DNA from: Acutalibacteraceae bacterium | GTDB taxonomy: Bacteria > Bacillota > Clostridia > Oscillospirales > Acutalibacteraceae | Reading direction: 5' to 3' | NCBI GenBank assembly: GCA_045536615.1 | Contig: JAZSNW010000031.1 | Coordinates: 1-25,239, forward strand | DNA length: 25,239 nt | Shown: one piece after another, positions 18,058 through 25,238 of the stretch | Position numbering within the stretch: the stretch's first letter is position 1 | How the letters are laid out: every line of letters starts with the position of its first letter | Notes under the pieces: model-generated | What the model saw: only the letters and a program-made list of their open reading frames with translations | Database searches by the model: none | Told to the model about the DNA's origin: nothing | Made by a program: the position numbers and the translations under genes

Positions 18058-18076
18058 GGTTAGCAAACGCTAACTT
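18058..18076. promoter_or_regulatory. Palindromic operator candidate, copy 2, between feoA and feoB
   Basis: GGTTAGC-AAAC-GCTAACTT. Confidence 0.65.
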
Positions 18077-18094
18077 TATTAGAAAGGGAATTTT

Positions 18095-20233
18095 ATGAGT
18101 ATAAAAATTGCTCTTGCGGGCAACCCAAACTGTGGCAAGACCACACTTTTTAATTTGCTTACCGGCTCTAACCAATATGTTGGCAACTGGCCGGGTGTTA
18201 CGGTTGAAAAAAAGGAAGGCAAACTTAAAAGCAATTCCGACATAATTGTAACCGACCTTCCGGGTATATATTCACTTTCTCCCTATACTTTGGAGGAGGT
18301 AGTGGCAAGAAATTATATGGTTGATGAACGCCCCGATGTTATTTTAAACATTGTTGACGGCACTAATTTGGAACGCAACCTTTATTTAACAACTCAACTT
18401 ATTGAACTTGGCATACCTGTGGTTATTGCCATAAATATGATGGATGTTTTGCGTAAAAACGGCGAAAAAATTAACACCGATGAATTAAGCCGCCGAATTG
18501 GTTGCAAAATTGTTGAAATTTCGGCTTTAAAGGGCAGCGGTATCAATGAAGCGATTGATGAAATAATTAAAGTTGCAAATGCCCCTAAAAAAATACCAAG
18601 CCATATTTTTTGCGGTGACGTTGAACACGCACTTGCCCACATTGAAGAGGCGGCGGTGCACCAAATGGATGACGAAAAACAGCGTTGGTATGCCGTTAAA
18701 ATTTTTGAACGTGATAAGAATGTTTTAAAATCGTTAAATCTTTCTAAAGATGTTTTAGACCATATTGAAAAAGACATTAAAGCGGTTGAAAACATTATGG
18801 ATGACGACAGCGAAAGCATTATTACAAACGAAAGATATGAATATATCGCAAGAATTTTGCGGGGTTGTTATAAGAAAAAACCAATTAACCGTTTAAGCGC
18901 ATCTGACAAAATCGACAGCGTGGTTACAAACCGAATTTTAGCACTTCCGATTTTTGCGGTTATAATGTTTTTTGTTTATTACATATCTATCGGGTCTATT
19001 GGCAACTGGACGGTTGGCTTTATGAACGACACCCTTTTCGGCGAATGGATAATTCCTTGGGTTAGCGATGTGTTGACACAATGGAATGTGGCTTCTTGGC
19101 TTGTAAGTTTAATTGCTGACGGTATTGTCGGCGGTGCGGGTGCGGTGCTTGGCTTTGCCCCACAAATGATGATTTTGTTCTTCCTGCTTTCCCTTTTGGA
19201 AGACTGCGGTTATATGGCGCGCGTTGCCTTTATAATGGATAAACTTTTCAGAAAATTTGGTCTTTCGGGCAAATCGTTTATACCAATGCTTGTGGCAACC
19301 GGATGTGGCGTGCCCGGTATTATGGCTTCCCGTACTATTGAACAAGACCGCGACCGTAAAATGACCATTATGACAACCGGCTTTATTCCTTGCGGTGCAA
19401 AAATGCCTATTGTTGGTATGATAGCGGGCGCCCTTTTTGGTGGCAACGCTCTTGTTGCGCTTTCGGCATATCTTATAGGAATTGGTGCGGTTGTTGTAAG
19501 CGGTATAATTCTTAAAAAAACAAAGCCATTTTCGGGCAACCCGGCACCCTTTGTTATGGAACTGCCCTCTTACCACGCACCTGTTTTATCAAACACTTTC
19601 AGGGCTACTTGGGAACGCGGTTGGTCTTTTATCAAGCGCGCAGGTACCGTTATTGTTGCGGCAAATATTATAATTTGGTTTTTGAACACCCTGTCGTTTG
19701 ACGGTGGTGTGCATTTTATCACAACACAAAACGGCGGTGATTCGGTGCTGCAAAGCATTGGTTCGCTTATTGCTTGGATTTTCAAACCCCTTGGTTTTGG
19801 AAACTGGCAAGCGTCGGTTGCAACACTTCTTGGTCTTATGGCAAAGGAACAGGTTGTTGGCACATTCGGCACACTTTCTTCAATGGCAAATGCCGATTTA
19901 GCGCTTGAAGGCAACAGCCAAATGTATGCGGTAATCGCGCAGGAATTTTTCGGTGGCAGCGGTCTTGCAGGTATGTCGTTTATGATATTTAACCTTTTGT
20001 GTGCGCCTTGTTTTGCCGCAATGGGCGCAATCAGACGTGAAATGAATAACTGGCGTTGGTCTGTTGGCACAATTTTGTATATGTGTGCTTTTGCTTATGC
20101 CATTTCGCTTATGGTTTACCAATTCGGTCTTTTGTTCGTTGGTCAAGGCACAATAATCGGTACGATGGCGGCGACTGTTGTTTTAGCGTTTATGGTCTAT
20201 ATGCTTTTAAGACCAAATAAAAATTTAAGGTGA
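18095..20233 (+). CDS. feoB: Ferrous iron transport protein B
   Basis: GNPNCGKTT, VGNWPGVTVE, DLPGIYS, NMMD, LEDCGYMAR, GCGVPG and IPCGAK; multiple TM helices. Confidence 0.97.
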   Translation: MSIKIALAGNPNCGKTTLFNLLTGSNQYVGNWPGVTVEKKEGKLKSNSDIIVTDLPGIYSLSPYTLEEVVARNYMVDERPDVILNIVDGTNLERNLYLTTQLIELGIPVVIAINMMDVLRKNGEKINTDELSRRIGCKIVEISALKGSGINEAIDEIIKVANAPKKIPSHIFCGDVEHALAHIEEAAVHQMDDEKQRWYAVKIFERDKNVLKSLNLSKDVLDHIEKDIKAVENIMDDDSESIITNERYEYIARILRGCYKKKPINRLSASDKIDSVVTNRILALPIFAVIMFFVYYISIGSIGNWTVGFMNDTLFGEWIIPWVSDVLTQWNVASWLVSLIADGIVGGAGAVLGFAPQMMILFFLLSLLEDCGYMARVAFIMDKLFRKFGLSGKSFIPMLVATGCGVPGIMASRTIEQDRDRKMTIMTTGFIPCGAKMPIVGMIAGALFGGNALVALSAYLIGIGAVVVSGIILKKTKPFSGNPAPFVMELPSYHAPVLSNTFRATWERGWSFIKRAGTVIVAANIIIWFLNTLSFDGGVHFITTQNGGDSVLQSIGSLIAWIFKPLGFGNWQASVATLLGLMAKEQVVGTFGTLSSMANADLALEGNSQMYAVIAQEFFGGSGLAGMSFMIFNLLCAPCFAAMGAIRREMNNWRWSVGTILYMCAFAYAISLMVYQFGLLFVGQGTIIGTMAATVVLAFMVYMLLRPNKNLR

Positions 20234-20237
20234 TTTT

Positions 20238-20396
20238 ATGTGGCCTACAATAATTGTTGGCAGTATTGTTGCAATAATCTTTGTGGCAATAATTGTAAAC
20301 GAAATTAAAAAGAAAAAATCCGGCAAGGGCGGTTGTTCTTGCGGTGGTAACTGTGGTGCGTGCGGTGTAAACTGCCCATCAAAACAGGAAAAATAA
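20238..20396 (+). CDS. FeoB-associated Cys-rich small membrane protein (52 aa; absent from the ORF track)
   Basis: Hand translation MWPTIIVGSIVAIIFVAIIVNEIKKKKSGKGGCSCGGNCGACGVNCPSKQEK; SD AAGGTGA; one TM helix plus five Cys. Confidence 0.9.
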   Translation: MWPTIIVGSIVAIIFVAIIVNEIKKKKSGKGGCSCGGNCGACGVNCPSKQEK

Positions 20397-20401
20397 AAAG
20401 A

Positions 20402-20430
20402 AAGAACTTGCTTTAAAGCAAGTGCTTTTT
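20402..20430. repeat. Palindromic repeat copy 1 / bidirectional terminator; also encodes the last codons of the XRE gene
   Basis: AAGAACTTGCTTTAAAGCAAGTGCTTTTT; 20406-20430 is identical to 21331-21355. Confidence 0.9.
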
Positions 20431-20790
20431 TCTTTCTTTAAATTTTTCGTATGCAAATTTAAAAACGGCTTTTTGTTTTTCTTTGGATAAATTTTGATAT
20501 AAAGTCAATAGGTCGACTTCTTGGCTTGTTAAGCGATAACAATCATCCGGAGTTTCGTCAATAACAATGGTTCTTGGGGGTTGTGGTTCGGGGATGTTGT
20601 CATATAAAAAAGTTCTTACATCAACGCCGAAAAAGTCTGCCAAAATAACTAATTCTTCTCCGTTAAAATTCCCTGTGCGCTCTTGTTGGGCATAGGTGCT
20701 GTTTTTCTTGTTTAGAACCTTTGCAATATCGTGTTGAGTATAATTTCCCTCCATCCTACGATATTTAATTCGCTTGTTGATTTTGTTCAT
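20413..20790 (-). CDS. XRE-family HTH repressor (CI/ImmR-like, with a C-terminal helical domain)
   Basis: RIKYRR...YTQHDIAKVL...STYAQQE...LADFFGVDVRTFL; C-terminal LTSQEVDLLTLYQNLSKEKQKAV; SD GAGGTGA. Confidence 0.88.
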   Translation of the reverse strand: MNKINKRIKYRRMEGNYTQHDIAKVLNKKNSTYAQQERTGNFNGEELVILADFFGVDVRTFLYDNIPEPQPPRTIVIDETPDDCYRLTSQEVDLLTLYQNLSKEKQKAVFKFAYEKFKERKKHLL

Positions 20791-20808
20791 ATAATCACCT
20801 CAAATTAT

Positions 20809-20854
20809 ATTATAGGTCAATTTCACCCTAATTTCAATAGGTCATTTTGACATA
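20809..20854. promoter_or_regulatory. Divergent control region: minus-strand promoter plus two TAGGTCA-based operator candidates
   Basis: TTGAAA-17 nt-TATAAT (20837 to 20809, minus strand); TAGGTCA-ATT-TCACCCTA (20813-20830) and TAGGTCA-TTT-TGACATA (20838-20854). Confidence 0.6.
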
Positions 20855-20873
20855 ATAGTAATTGGGTGATATT

Positions 20874-21095
20874 ATGAATAGAGTTAAAGAATTAAGAATA
20901 GAACGCGGTTATACACAAATTAAGATGCAACACCTTACAGGTATAGACCAAAGTGACTATTCGAAAATTGAAAACGGTAAAAGATACTTAACCTTTGAAC
21001 AATGCCGAAAGGTTGCCATTGCCCTTAATACAAGTATGGATTATCTTGCAGGGTTAACTGATGAGAAGAAACCATATCCAAGAAGTTCACAATAA
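20874..21095 (+). CDS. Small XRE/Cro-like HTH protein
   Basis: MNRVKELRIERGYTQ...IDQSDYSKIENGKR...LNTSMDYLAGLTD; start set at ATG 20874 after SD GGGTGA. Confidence 0.88.
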   Translation: MNRVKELRIERGYTQIKMQHLTGIDQSDYSKIENGKRYLTFEQCRKVAIALNTSMDYLAGLTDEKKPYPRSSQ

Positions 21096-21112
21096 AAATG
21101 GTGACTAATGAA

Positions 21113-21313
21113 ATGATTATATTTAATAAACTATGGGAAACTATGAAAGAAAAAGGCGTTTCAACATATATGTTGCGTGAAAAGTGCGGTATTGACAGCA
21201 AAACAATACGACGCTTAAAAGCAAATGAAAATATTGAAACAAAAACACTTGATAAATTGTGCGGTGCGCTAAATTGTAGGTTAGAAGATATTGCAGAATA
21301 TATTAAGGATTAG
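21113..21313 (+). CDS. Small Cro/C1-type HTH protein (HTH_26-like)
   Basis: MIIFNKLWETMKEKGVSTY...TLDKLCGALNCRLEDIAEY; ATG 21113 follows GGTGA, with ATG 21098 as an alternative start. Confidence 0.85.
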   Translation: MIIFNKLWETMKEKGVSTYMLREKCGIDSKTIRRLKANENIETKTLDKLCGALNCRLEDIAEYIKD

Positions 21314-21326
21314 TTATTAAAAAATT

Positions 21327-21355
21327 AAGCACTTGCTTTAAAGCAAGTGCTTTTT
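21327..21355. repeat. Palindromic repeat copy 2 / bidirectional terminator between the HTH genes and mntP
   Basis: Perfect 26-bp palindrome AAGCACTTGCTTTAAAGCAAGTGCTT followed by TTT. Confidence 0.9.
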
Positions 21356-21358
21356 GTT

Positions 21359-21943
21359 TTAGAAATTTATTACACCTAAATGCTCGAGCAAAATTTTAAC
21401 ACCGAGCAAGATTAGAATTAAACCGCCGGCAAATTCGGCCTTGGACTTAAATTTAGCGCCGTAAATATTGCCGATTTTAACACCGAATGCCGACAAAGTA
21501 AAGGTGATTACACCAATAAATGCCACGGCGATAAAAGCGTATGTATGGTTGCCTTTTAAATCCATTGCAAGTGAAATGCCCGCCGCCAAAGCATCAATGC
21601 TGGTGGCAACCGCCATTACAAACATTTTTTTAAAGCCATAACTGTCACAGCCGCAGTCATCATTATCTTCTTTTTCAAATGATTCTTTAATCATATTACC
21701 ACCTATACCACAAAGCAAAACAAGTGCTATATAGTGGTCAATGGCGGTAACATATTTTGCAAAAGCAGTACCTAAAAAATAACCAATAAGCGGCATAAGT
21801 GCCTGAAAGCCGCCAAACCACGCACCTGTTATAAGCATGTGGCGGGTTTTAAGTTTGCTGGTTGCAAGACCTTTGCAAATGGCAACTGCGAAAGCATCCA
21901 TCGAAAGACCGACGGCGAGGATAAAGAGTTCAAAAATACCCAA
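21359..21943 (-). CDS. mntP: Manganese efflux pump MntP
   Basis: Repeated motifs GLSMDAFAVA, FGGFQALMP, ATSIDALAAG and KAEFAGGLILI; start set at TTG 21943 after SD AAAGGATG. Confidence 0.92.
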   Translation of the reverse strand: MGIFELFILAVGLSMDAFAVAICKGLATSKLKTRHMLITGAWFGGFQALMPLIGYFLGTAFAKYVTAIDHYIALVLLCGIGGNMIKESFEKEDNDDCGCDSYGFKKMFVMAVATSIDALAAGISLAMDLKGNHTYAFIAVAFIGVITFTLSAFGVKIGNIYGAKFKSKAEFAGGLILILLGVKILLEHLGVINF

Positions 21944-21950
21944 ATGAAAA

Positions 21951-22006
21951 CATCCTTTTAACAATAATGTGTTTTACATTATATATTAAAAGGATGCATT
22001 TGTCAA
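21951..22006 (-). promoter_or_regulatory. Consensus sigmaA promoter of mntP, embedded in an inverted repeat that includes the mntP SD
   Basis: TTGACA (22006-22001)-17 nt-TATAAT (21983-21978); 11-bp inverted repeat 21951-21961 / 21986-21996. Confidence 0.75.
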
Positions 22007-22575
22007 ATAATTACGGGCTGTATTTGCTTGCCCAAAAGTGCCGCTTCAACAGTCTCAGGTATAAGTGAAAAGTCACATATCATTGAGTTATTTTTGCTTT
22101 TTGCATCATCTTGGCGATAGGGCACAAAGAAGATGTTTTTTGTGTTGTGTAAAAGCCCAATGTTTTTGGCACTGCCGCCCAGGGCATCGTTGGTGGCAAC
22201 ACCTAAAACCACGGGCTTATTGTTGCGAAGATGGGCTTTAATTGCCATTGTGACAGTGGTATCGGTAATGCCCATTGCGTGTTTTGAAAGGGTATTGCCT
22301 GTTGCAGGGGCAACCACCAAAATATCTAAAAGGTTTTTGGGGCCTATCGGCTCGGCACCGACAATGTCGTGTATAACCTTTTCACCGCACAGGGCTTCAA
22401 CCTTTTCAATTAGATCTTTGGCTTTAAAAAATCGGGTGTCGGTGTTATAAACCATTTCCGACATAATGGGTTTTATTTTAATCGGCAGTTTTGAAAGTGT
22501 CTCTAAAGCTGAAAGAGAAGCTTTAAGGGTACAAAACGAGCCGGTGAAAGCATACCCCAAAGTTATATTTTCCAT
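22003..22575 (-). CDS. spoVFB: Dipicolinate synthase subunit B
   Basis: GYAFTGSFCT, TDTRF, AEPIGPK, APATGNTLSK, AHLRN, TNDALG and FFVPYRQDD. Confidence 0.95.
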   Translation of the reverse strand: MENITLGYAFTGSFCTLKASLSALETLSKLPIKIKPIMSEMVYNTDTRFFKAKDLIEKVEALCGEKVIHDIVGAEPIGPKNLLDILVVAPATGNTLSKHAMGITDTTVTMAIKAHLRNNKPVVLGVATNDALGGSAKNIGLLHNTKNIFFVPYRQDDAKSKNNSMICDFSLIPETVEAALLGKQIQPVII

Positions 22576-22588
22576 AAAATTTCTCCAA

Positions 22589-23389
22589 TCAGTTGTGGTG
22601 TTTAATAATTTCCGTTAAGGTTTTGGCTAAAATTTTTCCGGCGGTTTCGGGTGCGGTAACCCCCGGTATACCGCTCGGCTTAAAGGCCTTAAAGCCAAGT
22701 GTGGTGGCATAGTTTAAATCAAAACCGCCCGTGCTTGAAAGGTCAATAAGCAAATCGGCAGGGCAGTTTTCAAGCGCTTTATCTGACAAAACGGGGAAGT
22801 CAACCGTGTTAAAAATTATATTAAAATCAAGATACATTTCCCCTAGCTTTTCGGTATTTATGTATTTAAAACCTAAAGCCGAAAGGGTTGCAAAATCCTT
22901 GGGTTTTCGGGCACTGACCGTAACATCTGCACCAAGCGCTTTAAGGCGGTCGGCCATAATTTTACCCACTCTGCCATAACCGATAACAAGCACCTTGCTT
23001 TGCCAAAGGGTATAATCGGTTTCACGAATGGCAATTTCAATAGCGCCCTCGGCCGTAGGCACGGCATTTAGCAGTGAAAAGCTGTCAAGGGTGTTATAGT
23101 CGATAAAATTTTTACCCAAAAATTTATAATTGCAACACAAAACAAGTTGATTTGTAATTTGCTTTTCAATATCGTTTAAATAAATTTTTCGGTTAGTAAG
23201 TGGGCAAAAAACGGTTTTCATGTCCTTTGTGGTGGGTACAGGAAAAACTATTACATCGCTTTTTTCAATACCCGCACGGTCATCGGGAAAAAGCCCAAGC
23301 GTATCGACATAAAAATTTTCCTTTTCAAAATGGTTTTTAACAATTTTAAGCCGTCTGTCTCCGCCCACAATTAAAATTCGTTTCATCAA
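22589..23389 (-). CDS. spoVFA: Dipicolinate synthase subunit A
   Basis: ILIVGGDRR, LNAVPTAEGAI, GYGRVGK, IDLSSTGG and GIPGVTAPETAG; directly upstream of spoVFB. Confidence 0.92.
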   Translation of the reverse strand: MMKRILIVGGDRRLKIVKNHFEKENFYVDTLGLFPDDRAGIEKSDVIVFPVPTTKDMKTVFCPLTNRKIYLNDIEKQITNQLVLCCNYKFLGKNFIDYNTLDSFSLLNAVPTAEGAIEIAIRETDYTLWQSKVLVIGYGRVGKIMADRLKALGADVTVSARKPKDFATLSALGFKYINTEKLGEMYLDFNIIFNTVDFPVLSDKALENCPADLLIDLSSTGGFDLNYATTLGFKAFKPSGIPGVTAPETAGKILAKTLTEIIKHHN

Positions 23390-23399
23390 ATCACCCGCT

Positions 23400-23452
23400 A
23401 AAAAAATAAAGTGCCATACACTATAATATATGGCACTTAAATTTATTTGGTG
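23400..23452 (-). terminator. Terminator of cca overlapping a sigmaK-like promoter for spoVFA
   Basis: 10-bp stem AAGTGCCATA/TATGGCACTT (23409-23438) followed by TATTTTTTT on the minus strand; CACC-16 nt-CATATATTA (23452 to 23424). Confidence 0.7.
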
Positions 23453-24570
23453 ATTAGATTTAAAAGTCTTGCTTTTGTGTTTTGGGTGGGGTTTTCAATT
23501 ACCTCGTTTTGAAGTGTTTTTAAAATTTCGCCAACCTCTTCACCCTTATATCCCAATGTCAGAAGGTCATTGCCCGTAATTTTAAGGTGACCTATAAGAT
23601 ATGACTCGCGGTTTTGTAAAATTTCATCAAGTTCTTCACACGAAATATCCAAAAGCGTTAAAAATTGGCGGGTGATGGTTTCGTTTGTTGCGGCAAGACA
23701 TCTTTTTATGTCCGATTTACTTTTGGGTGGTGGCATTTTCACAAGTCGGTTAATGCCTTTTATAAAATCTTTTTCAATATTTGAAAGCTTTAAATCGGTT
23801 TTAATGTTGCCTTGGAATAAAAGATAAAGGCACAAAAGGGGGCTTTGGCGGTGCTTTGAAATTTTTTCAAAATCAGGGCAGGTGTCAAGCCCTAAAAACG
23901 AAAGCGCACCACAGTCAATAAGTGGCTTTATAACCTTAAAGTTTTCGCCTAAAACGGCTGTTTTAAGCTCGGTCATAATACGCTCAACACTAACCTTTGA
24001 AATAAGGGGGGCACATTTTATTGCGACATTAAAGGTTTTTTCCTCAATTTTAAAATTAAGGGTTGAAGCAAAGCGGAAAAGCCGTAAAATGCGAAGCGCA
24101 TCCTCGTTAAAACGGGTTTCGGGGTCGCCCACCGCACGCAAAATTTTTGCCGTTAAATCTTCTTGTCCGCCGAAAAGGTCGCAAAGCCCTGTGTCGTGGT
24201 TATAAGCCATTGCGTTTACCGTAAAATCACGGCGGGAAAGGTCAAGCGTTACGTCGTCTGTGAAGCTGACGGAGGTGGGATGACGGTTGTCCGCATATTC
24301 ACCGTCTATTCTGTAGGTGGTCACTTCTATGCACTCGCCGCCCGACACAACGGTAAGCGTACCGTGTTTCAGCCCCGTTTCGATCACGCGGTAATTTCGG
24401 AATACCTCCTGCATTTCGTGAGGCTTTGCGTTGGTTGTAATATCATAGTCGTTGGGTTCTTTTCCCCTTGCGCGGTCACGGACGCATCCGCCGACCAAAT
24501 ACGCCTCATATCCCGAGCTTTCAAGCTCGTCAAGTACGGGGATTATATATTCGGGTATATTTTTAAACAT
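23443..24570 (-). CDS. cca: CCA tRNA nucleotidyltransferase (class II, no HD domain seen)
   Basis: YLVGGCVRD, DYDITT, EVTTYR, DLSRRDFTVNAMAY and RFNEDALRILR; start ATG 24570, or TTG 24582. Confidence 0.92.
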   Translation of the reverse strand: MFKNIPEYIIPVLDELESSGYEAYLVGGCVRDRARGKEPNDYDITTNAKPHEMQEVFRNYRVIETGLKHGTLTVVSGGECIEVTTYRIDGEYADNRHPTSVSFTDDVTLDLSRRDFTVNAMAYNHDTGLCDLFGGQEDLTAKILRAVGDPETRFNEDALRILRLFRFASTLNFKIEEKTFNVAIKCAPLISKVSVERIMTELKTAVLGENFKVIKPLIDCGALSFLGLDTCPDFEKISKHRQSPLLCLYLLFQGNIKTDLKLSNIEKDFIKGINRLVKMPPPKSKSDIKRCLAATNETITRQFLTLLDISCEELDEILQNRESYLIGHLKITGNDLLTLGYKGEEVGEILKTLQNEVIENPTQNTKARLLNLITK

Positions 24571-24592
24571 TTTAAGTATCAAACTGAGTAAG

Positions 24593-25057
24593 TCAGTTTG
24601 CCTTTTCCTTTTTTGTCCTTATCTCGTCAAGTATCATATAAAGTATGAGAAGACCGCAACCGACGCAAACTGCGCTGTCAGCCACGTTGAAAACGTAGAA
24701 ATTAATACAGGTCACGTCTATCATATCAACTACAAACCCGCGGAAGATACGGTCGATCATATTGCCGATACCGCCTCCTGCTATAAGTGCCAGAGAAATG
24801 CAAAGCAGCTTGTCCTTCGGCTTTTTTATAAACAGATAAGCGGCAAGCGCGATTATTGCCACGGTCGATATTACGATGAACACCCATCTGTGGTCCGCAA
24901 GCATTCCGAATGCGGCGCCCTTGTTTTCCACGTAAGTGAGGTGAAGCACCTCAGGGATCAGCTTCAATGGAGCATCGGTCAGATATTTGAGCGTTAAAAG
25001 CTTCGTTGCTTGATCCGCCGCGACCGTTAGGAACATTACTATCAAACAAATAATCAA
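24593..25057 (-). CDS. lspA: Lipoprotein signal peptidase II
   Basis: DQATK, NKGAAFG, GGIGNMIDR, VVDMID and FNVAD; TTG start after a G-rich SD. Confidence 0.95.
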   Translation of the reverse strand: MIICLIVMFLTVAADQATKLLTLKYLTDAPLKLIPEVLHLTYVENKGAAFGMLADHRWVFIVISTVAIIALAAYLFIKKPKDKLLCISLALIAGGGIGNMIDRIFRGFVVDMIDVTCINFYVFNVADSAVCVGCGLLILYMILDEIRTKKEKAN

Positions 25058-25070
25058 GAGCCCTTCCCCC

Positions 25071-25238
25071 TTAGTTTTCGTCCGAGGGGATGACCGTCAT
25101 GAAATCTTCGAACGTATGGCGGCTGTTGCGGGACGTTATCTGTGCCGCTAAGGTCATAGGGTCAAAGCTTTCACCGTCTGCATGACTTCCGTCTGTATAA
25201 AAATCAAGATCAGCCGCGATCTGTGCGGGTGTTCTTGT
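25071..25238 (-). CDS. C-terminal fragment of an unidentified protein; 5' part lies outside the window
   Basis: Open frame TRTPAQIAADLDFYTDGSHADGESFDPMTLAAQITSRNSRHTFEDFMTVIPSDEN* ends just before the lspA SD; no recognisable motif. Confidence 0.55.
   Translation of the reverse strand, partial: TRTPAQIAADLDFYTDGSHADGESFDPMTLAAQITSRNSRHTFEDFMTVIPSDEN

Noticed and set aside
20413-21313. HTH cluster as a prophage, ICE or toxin-antitoxin module
   Set aside because: No integrase, replication, structural, conjugation or toxin gene; all three proteins are HTH-only. Kept as a regulator islet instead.
21944-21964. Track start TTG 21964 for mntP
   Set aside because: It has no SD of its own; TTG 21943 has the SD AAAGGATG at normal spacing and gives a typical MntP N-terminus.
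21944-22002. yybP-ykoY manganese riboswitch upstream of mntP
   Set aside because: Only about 28 nt lie between the predicted TSS and the start codon, too short for the aptamer.
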